Of a stretch of DNA of 64,000 bases, positions 20,093 to 32,440 are shown in pieces. A program made the position numbers and the translations under genes. The stretch is from Emiliania huxleyi CCMP1516 (taxonomy: Eukaryota), in contig NW_005201392.1 in the NCBI RefSeq assembly GCF_000372725.1, positions 537,660-601,659 of the forward strand, in the 5' to 3' direction. The notes beneath the pieces were generated by a model. It ran no database searches. It was not told the DNA's origin and saw nothing but the letters and a program-made list of their open reading frames with translations. Position 1 is the first letter of the stretch. Every line of letters begins with the position of its first letter.

Positions 20093-20736
20093 AGCTTGAC
20101 ACCCAAGTGTTGAGCACCGGTGACTGTGGGAATGGGGGAAGCAGAGTTCAGATCAGTCGAGGGAGTGTGATCTCCCTCATCCTCAACGGGCGTCCAATCG
20201 CAATCGGATTTACTACGGCGGTGGTCCAATGGTAATCCGCATATTGGACGTCCCCGTCCATTGTTCTCGCCGTTCTTCGGTGGGGCCGCGTCAGGGCGGG
20301 GGCGCAGGCGCGTGCCCCGCCCGGCGCGCAGGCTCCAGTGCGGCGCGGAGGCTCTCCCACCCTCCATCCCCATCGCGCGTTATACACTCTCACAAGCCTG
20401 TCTAGGTAGTGGGGGTTGCGTCGTGTGCCAAGCATGGCCACCACAGTCAGGCATGCTGATACTCTCGCAGTCTGCCCGTGTGTGTGCTTAGCCCCGCTCA
20501 GGCTTCTAAAACATGCTTGGTTGTCCCAACTTTGTTGCCACATCCCGCAGTTACTTTTGGCTCGCTCGGCAGATGGTCCCCTGGCTGCAGTAGTCGACGC
20601 ATGCAGTAGTCGTCGCACTTGTCGAATCTTCATCCTGGTCAGGCCAGAAAGACAGAAAGAAAACAGACAACCCAAGGGCCCGCGTTTTTGTTTTTGGCCT
20701 GGCACACCGTATCGGCACTTGTCGAATCCTCAATTG

Positions 20737-21833
20737 ATGGTCGCAGCTCAGGGGCAGCTCCCGCTCGCAGCTATGCCGCTCAATGTCGCGAGGGCGAGCG
20801 TTGTCATGCAGGCGCGGCCTCCGTTTGCTGCTTTGGCACTGTGTTGTCATCCCACTCCGCTGCTCGTCATCCTGCGTTCTCGGCCTCACCGCTTTAGGTT
20901 TCTCCGCCTGAGCTCATCCCCGACGCCCGGAACGGCAAAGCGCTCGAGGAGGTGAAGGTGCTCGCCAAAGAGCTGAACCCGGTGCTGGGCTACTGGGACC
21001 CGCTCAACCTCTGCCGTCTCAACCTGTACGGGCAGGGTGACGATGCGACGGTCGGCTTTGTGCGGCACGCCGAGATCAAGCACGGGTGACGCTCTCCTGA
21101 GCCCGACGTCGCGACCGCCCAACGTCACAATCACCGACGCCTAGCCTCCCGCCTCCGCCTCCAGCCGCGTCGCGATGGCCGCTTTTGTCGGCTACATTGT
21201 GCATGAGAACGGCTGGCGCTGGCCGTGGCCGCTCTCGACGTCCCTGCCCGACTACTCCAGCTTCGAGGGCCTGTCTGCGCCCGCGGTGTGGGACGCGACG
21301 CCGGCGGCCTCGAAGCTGCAGATCATCCTCTTTGTCGGGTTTCTGGAAGTCTGGTCGGAGACCAAGTTCGTGCTCGAGTCGGACGGCGAGAAGCACTACA
21401 TGAGGGGCGGCAAGCCGGGCTACTTCCCAACCTTCGACCTTGGCAAGCCCGACTACTCGAGCGGCAACCCGCTCGGCTGGGGCGTGGCTCACCCCGTCCC
21501 CTTCAACCTCTTCGACCCCTTCAAGCTCACCGGAGGCCTCTCGGCAGAGGAGAAGGCGCGGCTGCGGCTCGTGGAAATCAACAACGGTGCCGCCACTATT
21601 CGCCACTATAGCGCCGCGTAGCAGAGAGACTCTGGTGGACCGGTTGCTGCAGTGCGTGGCCCTTCACCCCTCCCCCCCCCCCTCCCCCAGGCCGGCTCGC
21701 CATGCTCGGCATCATGGCCTTTGTCTCGGCGGCGGCAGTGCCGGGCGCCGTCCCCGCGCTGACCAACGCGATCAAGCACTGCGACGGCGAGGTGATGGCG
21801 CCCTTCGCTCCCGAGTTCCACCTCAATTTCTAG
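20737..21833 (+). CDS. Light-harvesting complex protein (fucoxanthin-chlorophyll a/c-binding, LHC family)
   Basis: LNPVLGYWDPLNL...VRHAEIKHG|RVAMAAFVG...HYMRGGKPG...LFDPFKL...VEINNG|RLAMLGIMAF; three introns; stop at 21831-21833. Start codon uncertain. Confidence 0.95.
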
Positions 21834-22582
21834 TCGCTCCTTCGAGCTCCTTCCTTGGACGCACGTATAGTGCGCGGCGAACTCCCTCGGGAGCACACCA
21901 TGTCCGACACGCCGAGATGTTTTCTGGCATCTAAATCCACACGCCGAGAGCTGCTCAACAGTGCTCGGGGCGGCAGCCCGTGGGGGGGCGGTCGGCGGAC
22001 GCGCGGTGTGTAAAAGTTAGTCAGTCATTTGGAAGCAGGATACTCGTAAAGCCGTATCGGGGAGAGAGTTGCTTCACAGCGCGGCATCGGATCGCGCTGT
22101 GCATGACGAGGGCTAGCCTCGTTCTGCGACGGCCGACGCCGCCGCCGGCGGGCGGCGCGCCGCCCCCCTGCCCGCGCTGGCCCTGCCGTTGTGCCGATCC
22201 CTTGCTCGCGGCCTCGCGCGTCGCGGCTTCTCTCGCTTCTCGGCGTAACTCCGCTCTCCTCGCAGCGAAATTTGGCCCCTCGAGTTCCATCGAGCTCTCC
22301 TCGCGCAAGGACCCTAATTCCCACTCCGATCATTTGCCGCCATCCCGCCAAGACCCAAGTAATGTCGTTGTGCTCAGATCCGCTCTCGTTCCGAGCACTA
22401 GATAGCACTTGTACCTCCAGCCACGGTCAGTGTTGGCACTGGGGTCCCCTTTGGGTGTGCATCGTGACAAGCTGACGTCCTGACGACGGGATTACCACTG
22501 GCGTGTCGTCCTCATCGGATTCGTCCTCTCCGGACTTCTCTTCCCTTCGGCGAGGCTCACCCTCCATGCCGTGAACAGGCGC

Positions 22583-22710
22583 CCAATCCATCCCACTTCC
22601 CAGCTAGGCCTACTGCTCGCCCCACTCGCACTCACTCACTACTCGCCAAACCCGTTCGTTGGCACCGTCCATATACGTGTACCCTAAGTTCATATACACA
22701 TGAATTGTGA
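22583..22710 (+). repeat. ~110-nt dispersed repeat with an inverted copy at 28661-28760
   Basis: CCAGCTAGGCCTACTGCTCGCCCCACTCGCACTCACTCACTACTCGC...CCCGTTCGTTGGCACCG...ATGAATTGTGA matches the reverse complement of 28661-28760. Confidence 0.85.
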
Positions 22711-23628
22711 GAGAGAGATATTTTAGCACAATACCAAACAACTCCAACACTCACACATCATTGGGGGCCTGGAGCCCTGCCTCCCGAGAAGGTTCCTTTC
22801 GGAGATCGGGACGACGCTGCGCCTTCCCCCGTATTGTTATTGGCGTGGTGTCCTGCTGAACTGGTGATTGCTGATTGGGTGAATGGTGATTGGCGTTTCA
22901 CGATCACACTATGTATGCGTATCAGTACAGTATCGTATGAAAAATAGAGGTGAATCAAACGGTGAAAAGAATAAGTTCACTCGAGCTTGTTTGGTTGTTA
23001 GCCGCCGCACACCCACCCGGCCGGGGCCGCCCGAGGGTGTTTCCCGCAAGTGCAGAGAATACTAATCCTGGGGGAAGCAACCGTATGAGAGTGCGTCGTG
23101 CCGGCACCGTATGCATAAACTATTGATATTTGTAGAGGAGCGAATTGTAATGGTACGTCACCGCCGACACCGTAACACCCACCCCACCCTGAGCCTGACC
23201 CTCTCAGAGCCACAGGCACTCTAGCTCTACGGAGTACGGTATCGACAGTATAAGAGTACAGTGACTGTACAGTGTACCTTCGGAGACGTCGAGCCCCCAG
23301 GCGGCGGTTGGCTTGCTTTGCGCGCGCCAGCCCCGCGCCCCGCGATGGCCCTAGGCGCCAGCTGACTAACTAATTGAGCCGCAGGGAAGGCAAGCGGCAA
23401 GTGAACCAGGGCCACACATGAACATGAGAGGTCGGGCCCGCCTCTGATGCATGCTGTGCATGTGAATACGTCTTCCTTGATCCTGAGGCTCAGGCCTCTG
23501 CGCACCCCTCCCCACGACTCGGCCGCCATTCCTAATGCGTTGCCCTAGGCCAGGGAGGCGGCAAGAGATAAGCCGAAGGGCAAGGCCAAGGCCGGCCGAA
23601 CGATGGCGAGGTCCCCTCGCTCCGGCTC

Positions 23629-24819
23629 TCACGCCGCGCCGAACCCGCCTGTCGAGTATCGATTGCCCCCTTTCCGGGGTAAAGAGGAGGACATCTCCTC
23701 CAACCCCTCGTCCTCAGGTGGCGCCTCTGGCGGAGCAGCGAGCGAGATGATGACGCATCCACTGGCGGTGAGCGCCATCCCGACGAGCGCGGAGAGTGCG
23801 GGGACATGCCCTTCCACGATCGCCGCGAGGAGGAGGACGACCAGCGAATTAGACCCGAAGATGGCAATGGAGATGCTGCGCGGAGAGGTCACACACGAGG
23901 CGTCAGACGCGCTCAGGGCTTCAGAGCGTCTAGGCTTACGCACACCTCGTGTACGGGCCGGCAGAGAGCGCCTCGTTGATGGAGTACACGCCGGCCGCCT
24001 GCATGTGGAGAGGGAAGCTCTCCTCGCTCTCTAGCGAAAAGCGAGCTGCATGGGTGTGAGAAGTGCCTGCATGAAGCCGCACGACGACGGGATGAGGATC
24101 CCTAGGACACTCGACGAGTCCCAGCGGGCAGCGATCAGCAGCGGGACAGAGAAGGCGCCCAGAATGAGCGTGCGCGCGATAAAACCGCTCGACGCCGCAA
24201 TGCCGCCCACGGCCGCCACGCGGACGGAGAAGATGGAGGCACCAAAAGAGATCATTGCGGCGAAGGCGAGGGAGAAGGCCACCGGTGAGACGGACGTGCC
24301 ACCGCCACCGTCGAAGACCCCGGCCATCGTGATCAAGCCGGCAAAAACCAGCGCCACGCTACCCCACTGCGCGGCGTTGAGATACTCGTGGTACACAAAG
24401 TGACAGAGCACCGAGACCAGTATGACGTCGGCGCATATCACGGAGGCGAGCGGCCCCTCGGCGTCTGGGTCAGCACCAAAGCTGAGCTTCATGAACAGCT
24501 GTGCCATGCCGATGGCTAGCCCTCCGCCCAGTGTCGCAGTCTTCGAAAGGAGCGTCACTGTGCCCGCCTCGGGTGCGATCAGGGACTCCGCGAGGCCAGG
24601 CTTCGCTTCAGCTTCAGAGAAAAAGATGCGATGCAGAGGGTGGCGGGCAAGGGCTCCGAGGCCGCACACGCCAGTGAAAAACCAGAGGAGGCCAACGGTC
24701 CGGCAGAAGTCGTCGCCGGGCAGCGAGTTGGTGTATGCGATGGCGTAATTCTGGACTCCGAAAAGGAAGCACGCGATGGTGCTCCAGAGAATGGCGACAG
24801 GAAGGCCAGACGCTGCCAT
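23629..24819 (-). CDS. DMT/EamA-like multi-pass membrane transporter
   Basis: About 10 hydrophobic helices in two similar halves (…GPLASVICADVILVSVLCHFVYHEYLNAAQWGSVALVFAGL…; …SNSLVVLLLAAIVEGHVPALSALVGMALTASGCVII). Introns lie near 23900-24065. Confidence 0.78.
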
Positions 24820-27800
24820 GGCGACAGGATCAGGCAGGTTGGGTGGGGGGACACAGCTTAAAAAAAAGAAAGAAAACAACAGGCCCAGAGGAGGGAGGAC
24901 GAGGACAGGGTCCCCACCTGCACGAGCAGGATTTTGGAAGAACGATCAGGGGGACAGGTGGGGCTCTCCTGCTCCTGACAAGGGACACGACAGGCTCGCA
25001 GCGCGGTGCACGGTGGGCTCCCAACTCCACTGGCGGTCTCATCTCAGTCTAGCGACCTGCCTCCAGCTTGTCGCTGGCAGTCTCTCCTACCACAGGCACA
25101 CTGACACAGGGGTGGCAGGGGCGGCGGCACGAGTCTCCCACATACTATGGCGACAGGATCAGGCTGTGGGGGGGGGTACGGGCCCGCCTCCCACCCTCGC
25201 GCCAAAGCTTGCAGCCTCACCGCCGAAGCCTCCCGCGGATCTACCGTGCGAGAGCGTGGAGAACGAGCGGGCGCCGACGCGGATCGCGGTTGTCTGGCCT
25301 GGCCCGAGAATGAGAAGAGCCGGAGGGCCCAACAGGAGAATCGTGCTTTCAGTGGGGTTGTTTGGTGTTGGGTTGGGTTGGTTGGGGGTTGGGTTGTTCC
25401 GCGTGAGGTTGGGTCGTCGGCGCGAAGGGTTAGGTCTCGACCGCCGCCGCTCACGCCAGCGGACGGCCACCATCGGTGTTTTTGGCTTCGCCACCGTCCA
25501 AGGCGTGCGAGGGCGTGCGCCATGCGCTCGCCGGCATCAGGGGAATGGAGAGATTCGTCGGGGCCAGTGACAAGTTCTGCCAGGGGCCCCTTCACTCGCC
25601 TGCACCTGCTCGAACCCTGAGCACTGTGCGGCGTTGCACGCTCGAGGTCGTACATGATGTAGTAATCATTGTCTTGAGTATTGCGCTTCTCTCGACAGAG
25701 AGCGCTAGCCTCTACCCCTTCGGTCCGTCGAATCTCGCATCTCGGCGCGGCAGATGCGACGCCGAGACTGACGAAACCTCCCTGTGGTGGGCTGCTGAGC
25801 CTCCCACACACACAAGACCACCTCCGGGACACCCATGACACACTAGAACAGGTATGCCACGAGGCGGGATGAGACTAACTAGACGTCTCGGATGAGACTC
25901 GTGATAGGCGCGGTAGCGGTAGACGGGCAAGCCACAGCTGGCAAGATGTCGATCGCCATCGACCTCGGTCGTTCTCCACGCCTCGGGTCTGAGCGGCCCC
26001 TTCTTGCTCTCTTCCCACCCCGCTGTCGTGACCGTCTCCACCCCACACCTCCATTTTGCCTTTAGATATGCTTCAATCATTAGTTCGTCCGAGAGCTCCC
26101 TTTCCCAGTCCCAGCTCGGTTTCCACTCCAGCGGGTTGTCACTTCGGCATCCCAGCCTCCTTAAAGTGTGCCCTAGGCTGCTCTCCACGGCCACCCTCGC
26201 TGGTTCCCCTTCCACCGCGCTGAGGGCCCGGTCCACTTGATCGATCAGCGCCGCCGCTGCGTACGTGTACGCGTGCTCCATTCCCATCCCTCCTCTCTCC
26301 TTCACATCTATCTCGTCATCTCATCTATCTCCTTCACATCTATTTCCTCTTCCCAGCTCCGCTCAGCGCGTGCGTTATTTTTTTCAAGCAGTCTCAGAAA
26401 TGCCAAAGGTGTCGGAGAGCGGGGTGTCGGCCCAGGCTGGTGTGTCGAAGCCGAAGAGAAGGCGGACCTACACGGAGAAGTTCAAGAAGGACGCCGTGCT
26501 GGCAGCGCTCAACCACCCGCACACCTTTTGACTTCAAAAAGAGAAAGAAAACATCCGCGGAAGGGACACCAAGGGACACAGCTTCAAGAAGAGAGAGATG
26601 CTGGTATCAAAATTCTTTTGACAAGAAGTCGAATAGATCGAGAGGGGTCCCGTACCATGCGGAATCGACCCTATCCAGTGCTCAAGTGCTCAAGAAGTGA
26701 ATCTCTTTTTCTTTCGCCCAAGCCATACATTCCTTGAGCTTGAGGCGACGAAGAAGCAAACAAAAAACAAAAAAACGAAGGCCATTCCTTGTTGTTCCTT
26801 GGTGTGAAGCAAGGAGATGGAGTGACACAAGGATTCTGGGGCGCGAGACTGACCATGACGCTGCTTGTCATGCCCATGCAAGGTCTGTGCCTGTGATTTG
26901 TGCCTGTGTGTGTTTTAGTGTTTTAGAGCGACGTGGCCCGTCTCGTTTGTTTTCCGACTCGTATGGTAATGCGGGCAGCTTCGAATTGTGATTTCTGTCG
27001 CCTGTTTCCCGTCTATTCTTTTATCAGTGCGCACTTGATGCAGGCCGACCACAGATTGTGGCAAGGATCACCAAAAGGCCCCCAGGGCGGAGGACCGGAG
27101 GTCCCCAAGGAGAGGCCGAATCCTGGCTCGTCAAACGGGAATCCTGGGGGGGGGAGAGGAGCGCCGCCGCGTCCAGCTGCCGCTTGTGCGTGATGAGCGA
27201 GATCTCCGCCGCCTGATGACGCGAAGAGGGAGCGGGTGAGCCCGGTGGCGCCGCGCTCTCGGCCGGACACCACTGAGACGGCCGTTCCGGGCATTTGAAC
27301 GGGACCTTCGGGGGCAAAGACATGGGCTCTATGGCTCAGACTGGACTCCTCTTGGTCCCTTCTGATGCCCTACAGTAGGCCACACCTGGGCCTTACCTGG
27401 GGCTCTAGGGGCCGGGAAGGGTTTGCCCCCCGAAACTGGCCCGGAGAACCTTAAAATAGATTGTGACTAACATTGGCGTATTCATTTGTGCCGAACTCTA
27501 TCGGTAAGTACAGGACATGCTGTTGGCGTAAATGCTTCTTCATACTTCACCCAGCTGCTTCATCCTATCTCCCCAGCTCCGAACCGACACTGACGAGTCC
27601 CGAGTTAAACCCGTGACGAAAAACGGACGCACACCAAGCGCTAAGCGTGAGGACGCGATTTCGAATTCGGAGGTGCATCTGAGCAAAATTGGGCCCGCCA
27701 GGTGTGAAAAAAATTATAAGGGTCATAGTCGCCGATTCGATCCGGAAGCCACTCGACCATCGAGAGGCCGACGGCCGAAGTCGGCAAACGTAGATCAAAT

Positions 27801-29016
27801 GGTTAGAGATAGCGTCCACTCAGCGACCGATACCCGTAACACATCACCGAGGGAATTAGACGCCCGTGTCCGGGTGTGGAGATGCGAGGGTCGCCCCCCC
27901 TTGCCCCACCACTTTGTGTGTGTGGAGAAATTTACCTTACCTTACCTAGGAAGACGTCCGAGAGTGGGCGGCTAGCAACACACCTTCCTTGCCGTGAAAT
28001 CCCTGTGTGAAAGTGCACGGTGACAGAAAACGTGTGTGGTGGCGGCGTGCCGTCCCCCCCCCTGGGATTAAGTTTTTCTTTGTTTTGCAAAAGGGGAAAA
28101 ATCGGTGGGGGGTTATAAACCTCGGTGCGTGCCTCCGTCCTCTGGCGAATCCGGACTCGCCTCTCGCACACTTTTCGACAAGCCATGTCTACGCTTGGCC
28201 CCGAGGCATCCAGCACGAACGCAAAACTATGCGCCTCGTCGCCACTTCTTGGCTTCGATCTCTGCTCTTTTGTCGAGGCGGCGCAGAGCGCCCTTGAGGC
28301 TGACAACATGAAGGGCCAGGCCACGCCCAACCGTCGCCGCCGCGGGACCAGCATCCCAAACTCGCTGCTCGCAGCGGTGAGGCAGGAGATTCTTGTCGAG
28401 ACGAAGGAGAAGAATGAGCGGGTCGCCCGCACCAAAGAGCTGCGGGCGTGGGGCAAGGGCGAGGCGTGGGTGCCATGGAACTCACGGCGCGGGCTCTCTC
28501 GGCTACGGGACCGGCCCCAGCTTCGGCTGAGGGCTGACAAGCTGCCGAGCCCAAATCACTGTGAGAGTCGTGATTTCTGGTTGGGTTTCTAAAATCTCTC
28601 GAAATGGTCCGAACTAACATTGGAATTTATTTAAGACCAACCAGAAAAATGCGCGTTCGGTCACAATTCATGTATATGAACGGTGCCAACGAACGGGTGT
28701 GCAGCGAGTAGTGAGTGAGTGCGAGTGGGGCGAGCAGTAGGCCTAGCTGGCATGGATTGGAAAGCAGGAAATTCTTTCTCGAGCGTGGGGTGGGGTGGGG
28801 ATGTCGGGGTGGGGAGCGGGTGGGCGCCGGAGTGGGAGTGGTGGTGTGACTGCTCCTGTGGTGCGGGCGACGGGTTCTGAGGAAGCCGTCGCCCGCGCCT
28901 CGCCTGTCGCGTGAATGTGTCGTGCGACCGCCTTTTGTTATAAAATTCTTTTCTCTTTCGGCTGTACCCCCTCCCTATCAAATCAAGCAAGCCACCTACA
29001 TTCATTCGGACGAGCG

Positions 29017-31219
29017 ATGTCGACGAAGACGGAGTCGGCGAATTTGTCCCGCGTGGACGCAGCCAAGGCAGCGCTACGACAGCAGTGGCAGACAACTATC
29101 CGTGCCGTGCGTCCGCTGCCCAACCACAAGTACTTGGTCAAGGGCGACGCGATGGCTTTGGCCGCGCTCACGAGCGACAACCTCGGAATATGCCTCCTCG
29201 CCTGCACCATATTGGGATCGATGGGCATCGAGAACGACCTCCTATACGGCACCATGCTGCCGGCCATTGGCCTCGCCGTCCTCTTTGGCAATGGAGCTTA
29301 CTGGCTGCAAGCGCGGCGTATGGCGGCCGAGAGTGGCCGCGAGAGTGTTTGCTGCCAGCCTTTCGGGATCAACGCTCCCAACGTCTTCATCTTCTCCTTT
29401 AGCATCATCGCCAACGAGCTGCGCGACGGCCGCAGTCCAGAGGAGGCTTACAACATGGCGGTGGCGTGCTCCTTCCTGACCGGTTGCGTGCAGCTGATCT
29501 GCGTCCCCCTCGCGCCGCTTGTGGCCAAGTACACGCCGCAGGTGGCGATGCTCGGATGCATCGCTGGCGTGGCGCTCGTCTACCTGTGCCTCGGCCCAAT
29601 CGTCGACTACCTCGCTGAGGAGCCGATCGTCACCTTCCCCCCGTTCGTCATCATCCTCATAGGAGCCTATACGGGCGCCGGCACCCCAGCGTAGAGGGCG
29701 TCGTGCAGCCCTGTTGTTGGTATAATCATAGGAGCCTACGGCGGGGTGCAGACCAACCTTCCCATCATCACGTATGCCATCGTGCTGGGCGTCGCCATTG
29801 CGTGGGGGCAGGGAGGCGTCGGCGAAGAGGTTGACGGCCACCCGGCCTACGCAAACAAAGAGGCTCTCACGAGCATCGAGGGGATCGGCCCCAAGCAAAT
29901 TTCGCCCGTGCACTTCTGGGACGAGCTGTCAGAGGCGGTGTCCAAGTACCTCGGGGTGATCCTCCCGGCGGGGCTCTCCGTCATCGTCGGAGACATCACC
30001 TGCTGCGAGCTGTGCGGGCTTGGCGGCGACAGCTACTCTGTGCGCGAGACGGCGTTCTATGACGCCATCTTCACGCTCGCGGCCGCGCTAATGGGAAGCA
30101 TGCTCCAGGTGACTCGGAGCCTCCCTCGGGGATCTGCTCCTTTTGAGCCGCTCAGTGTGTGGCAGCAGACCACACTAGAGCATTCCTCACACACCAAGAT
30201 CTCGTGCTCCAGGTGACGACCTACCCGAACCACCCGGGCTACTCGCGGCTGGGCGGCCGCACGGGCTACTCGCTCATCCACGCGGTGATCTTTGCGCTGG
30301 TCTGCTTTTTGGGACGGGGGGGGGGCCCCCCCCCCGCCCGTCCCTGGGATGGTCCCCCCCCCCCCCCCCTTCTAAGCCCGACGAGCGCCCTCCCTACACG
30401 CCGCAAGCCAACGAGATCCAAGGTAGCCTAGCCGCTCTTTGAAAGGTGCCGCTCTTTCTCGTCCTCATCCCGGTCCACGCCATATCGCCGACGGTGGTGT
30501 TTGTTGGCCTCATGATCATCACCGAGGGCATCATGGCGTGCAAGAACAGGCACAGCAGTCGGCTCACGCTCGCGCACACGTGCCTCTGTCTCAGCTCTTT
30601 CCCCTCCTTCGCGCGCAGGCCTCACCTCTTCGCCGCGCTCGTCCTCGCCATCCTGCCCGCCGTGGCCAACTACTGCCAGTCCCAAAACGTGCACACGCCC
30701 CCGATCGACGCGCTCGCCAACGGCTACATCATCACCGGCCTCTGCTGGGCGGCAATGTTCATCACTCTCATCGAGTGCGATTTTGTCAAGTGCGCGATGT
30801 GGGTGTCGGTGCTCTGCTTCCTCTCCTTCTTCGGCATCATCCACAGCACCACCAAGGCGTGGGAGAACCCTGTCGATGGCGAGGACTTTCCCGACATTCA
30901 CAACACCGACCAGGTGTGGCGGTGGACTGCGGGCTACGGCACGCTGCTGCCCACGCTGCTCGTGTTCTGGCTCATGCAGCGCTACCAGGGGTGGTGCGAG
31001 AAGCACCTCGGCATCCGCTTCGCCAAGCCGCGCAAGCCGGCCGAGCCGCCGCGCGCCACCCGGACGAGCGTTTGGGTCGACATGTACGCGTCGCAGGACC
31101 AGCGCAAAGACAGCACGGCGCACATTGTCGGGCTCTCCCGCTGCTCGATGGCAAACTCCGAGTGGAGGGAGACGACGGCCGCGGATGTGCTGTCCAGCCC
31201 CCCCGCCCACCTCTCGTGA
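29017..31219 (+). CDS. NCS2/AzgA-like nucleobase (xanthine/uracil) permease, multi-exon
   Basis: GDAMALAALTSDNL, GLAVLFGNGAYWLQARRMAAESGRESVCCQPFGINAP, TTYPNHPGYSRLGGRTGYS, many TM helices. Introns include 29663-29731 and 30109-30212. Confidence 0.8.
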
Positions 31220-32029
31220 AACGGGCCACGGACGCACGGCGCGGTCCCGCCGCGCATCGGTCGGCTCGGTGTAACACTAACCCCCGCCGCGCTGTGCCAC
31301 CACGCCGCTGCCAGGGGCCGAGCGAGCGAGCCCCATGCGTGCGTAGTCTAGTTGATGGTCTAGGCAACCTTAGTTGGCGCGGGCGGCGGTGCGCCGGCCC
31401 CGCCTAGTGCCGCACGAGCTCTGCGAGCTGCTCGCTAAGTAGGGGGGAGGGGCGGTGCAAGCCTCTCCCTTTTGCCCAAGCATCGCCTGAGTGTGCACAA
31501 GGCGTGTGTGTAGAATTGTCTTGTGGGTGCTGAAGCCGTCGCCTGTGTGTGTGTGCGTGCGTGGCTGCACCCCCCCGCCCGATGAGCGATGTACTCTATC
31601 ACCACACTTCTCTATCACCCCTGCGCTCCACCAAAACGGTGCCCCCCGGGGACACGTCCACTCTCTCCGTCCCATCTCTTTGCGTCATCAATACACAGAT
31701 ACATATAACGCGTGAGCAGTTGTATGGCTTGAGCCTTGAGTTTGCCGTGCGCGGGGGCTGGTGTATGTTTCAAGTTTCGCTCCCATTTTTCAGACCCTGC
31801 CTCCACTCTCATGAAAAACCGAGTTACGGGAGTGGTCGAGAGCATGCATTCTGTATAGCCATTGTTGGCCAAGCGAAACCGTGTTGTCCCCCCCCCCCCC
31901 CCCCCTTCTGCCTGGCGCCGAACTTCGACAGCGCTTGCACTCCCACAGCACGCCAGGCAGATGCCACCCGAGCTCGCGTGCGAGCCGGTGTGCTGGACGG
32001 CGCCATGGGCACTGGCACCTGTCGCCTCC

Positions 32030-32409
32030 TCACCAGAGGCAGCCGAAGCAGCGCTCATTGTAGGCAAGGCCAGTGGTTGGTGGGCGGTCGCCAACCTGCA
32101 GCGTGAAAGCGCAGAGCCGGTTCTCGTACTTCATCTCCATCGCGCCGCCGCCGCCGCCGCCGAGGATCGTGTGCCACGTGGCGATCTCGCGCAAGCTCGC
32201 AGTGACGCGCTCTCCTCCGATGACTCCGTAAGCGGCGTCCTGCTGCTGGTAGGTGTCCGCCTAGGGCAAGGTCAGGTAAACTTCTCCACACACACACACG
32301 GTGGCGGGGCAAGGGCCAGGCAACCCTCGCGACTCCACGTCTAACGACAGGAGCCCCACGGCATTGAAAGTGCAAGGCCCGGTGCGCGTGGGTGAGGGGT
32401 GTGTGTGTG

Positions 32410-32440
<31 letters not shown>

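Noticed and set aside
25712..28592. ORFs 25712..26305 (-) and 28125..28592 (+) as genes
   Set aside because: No recognisable motifs or supportable exon structure; possibly decayed mobile DNA.
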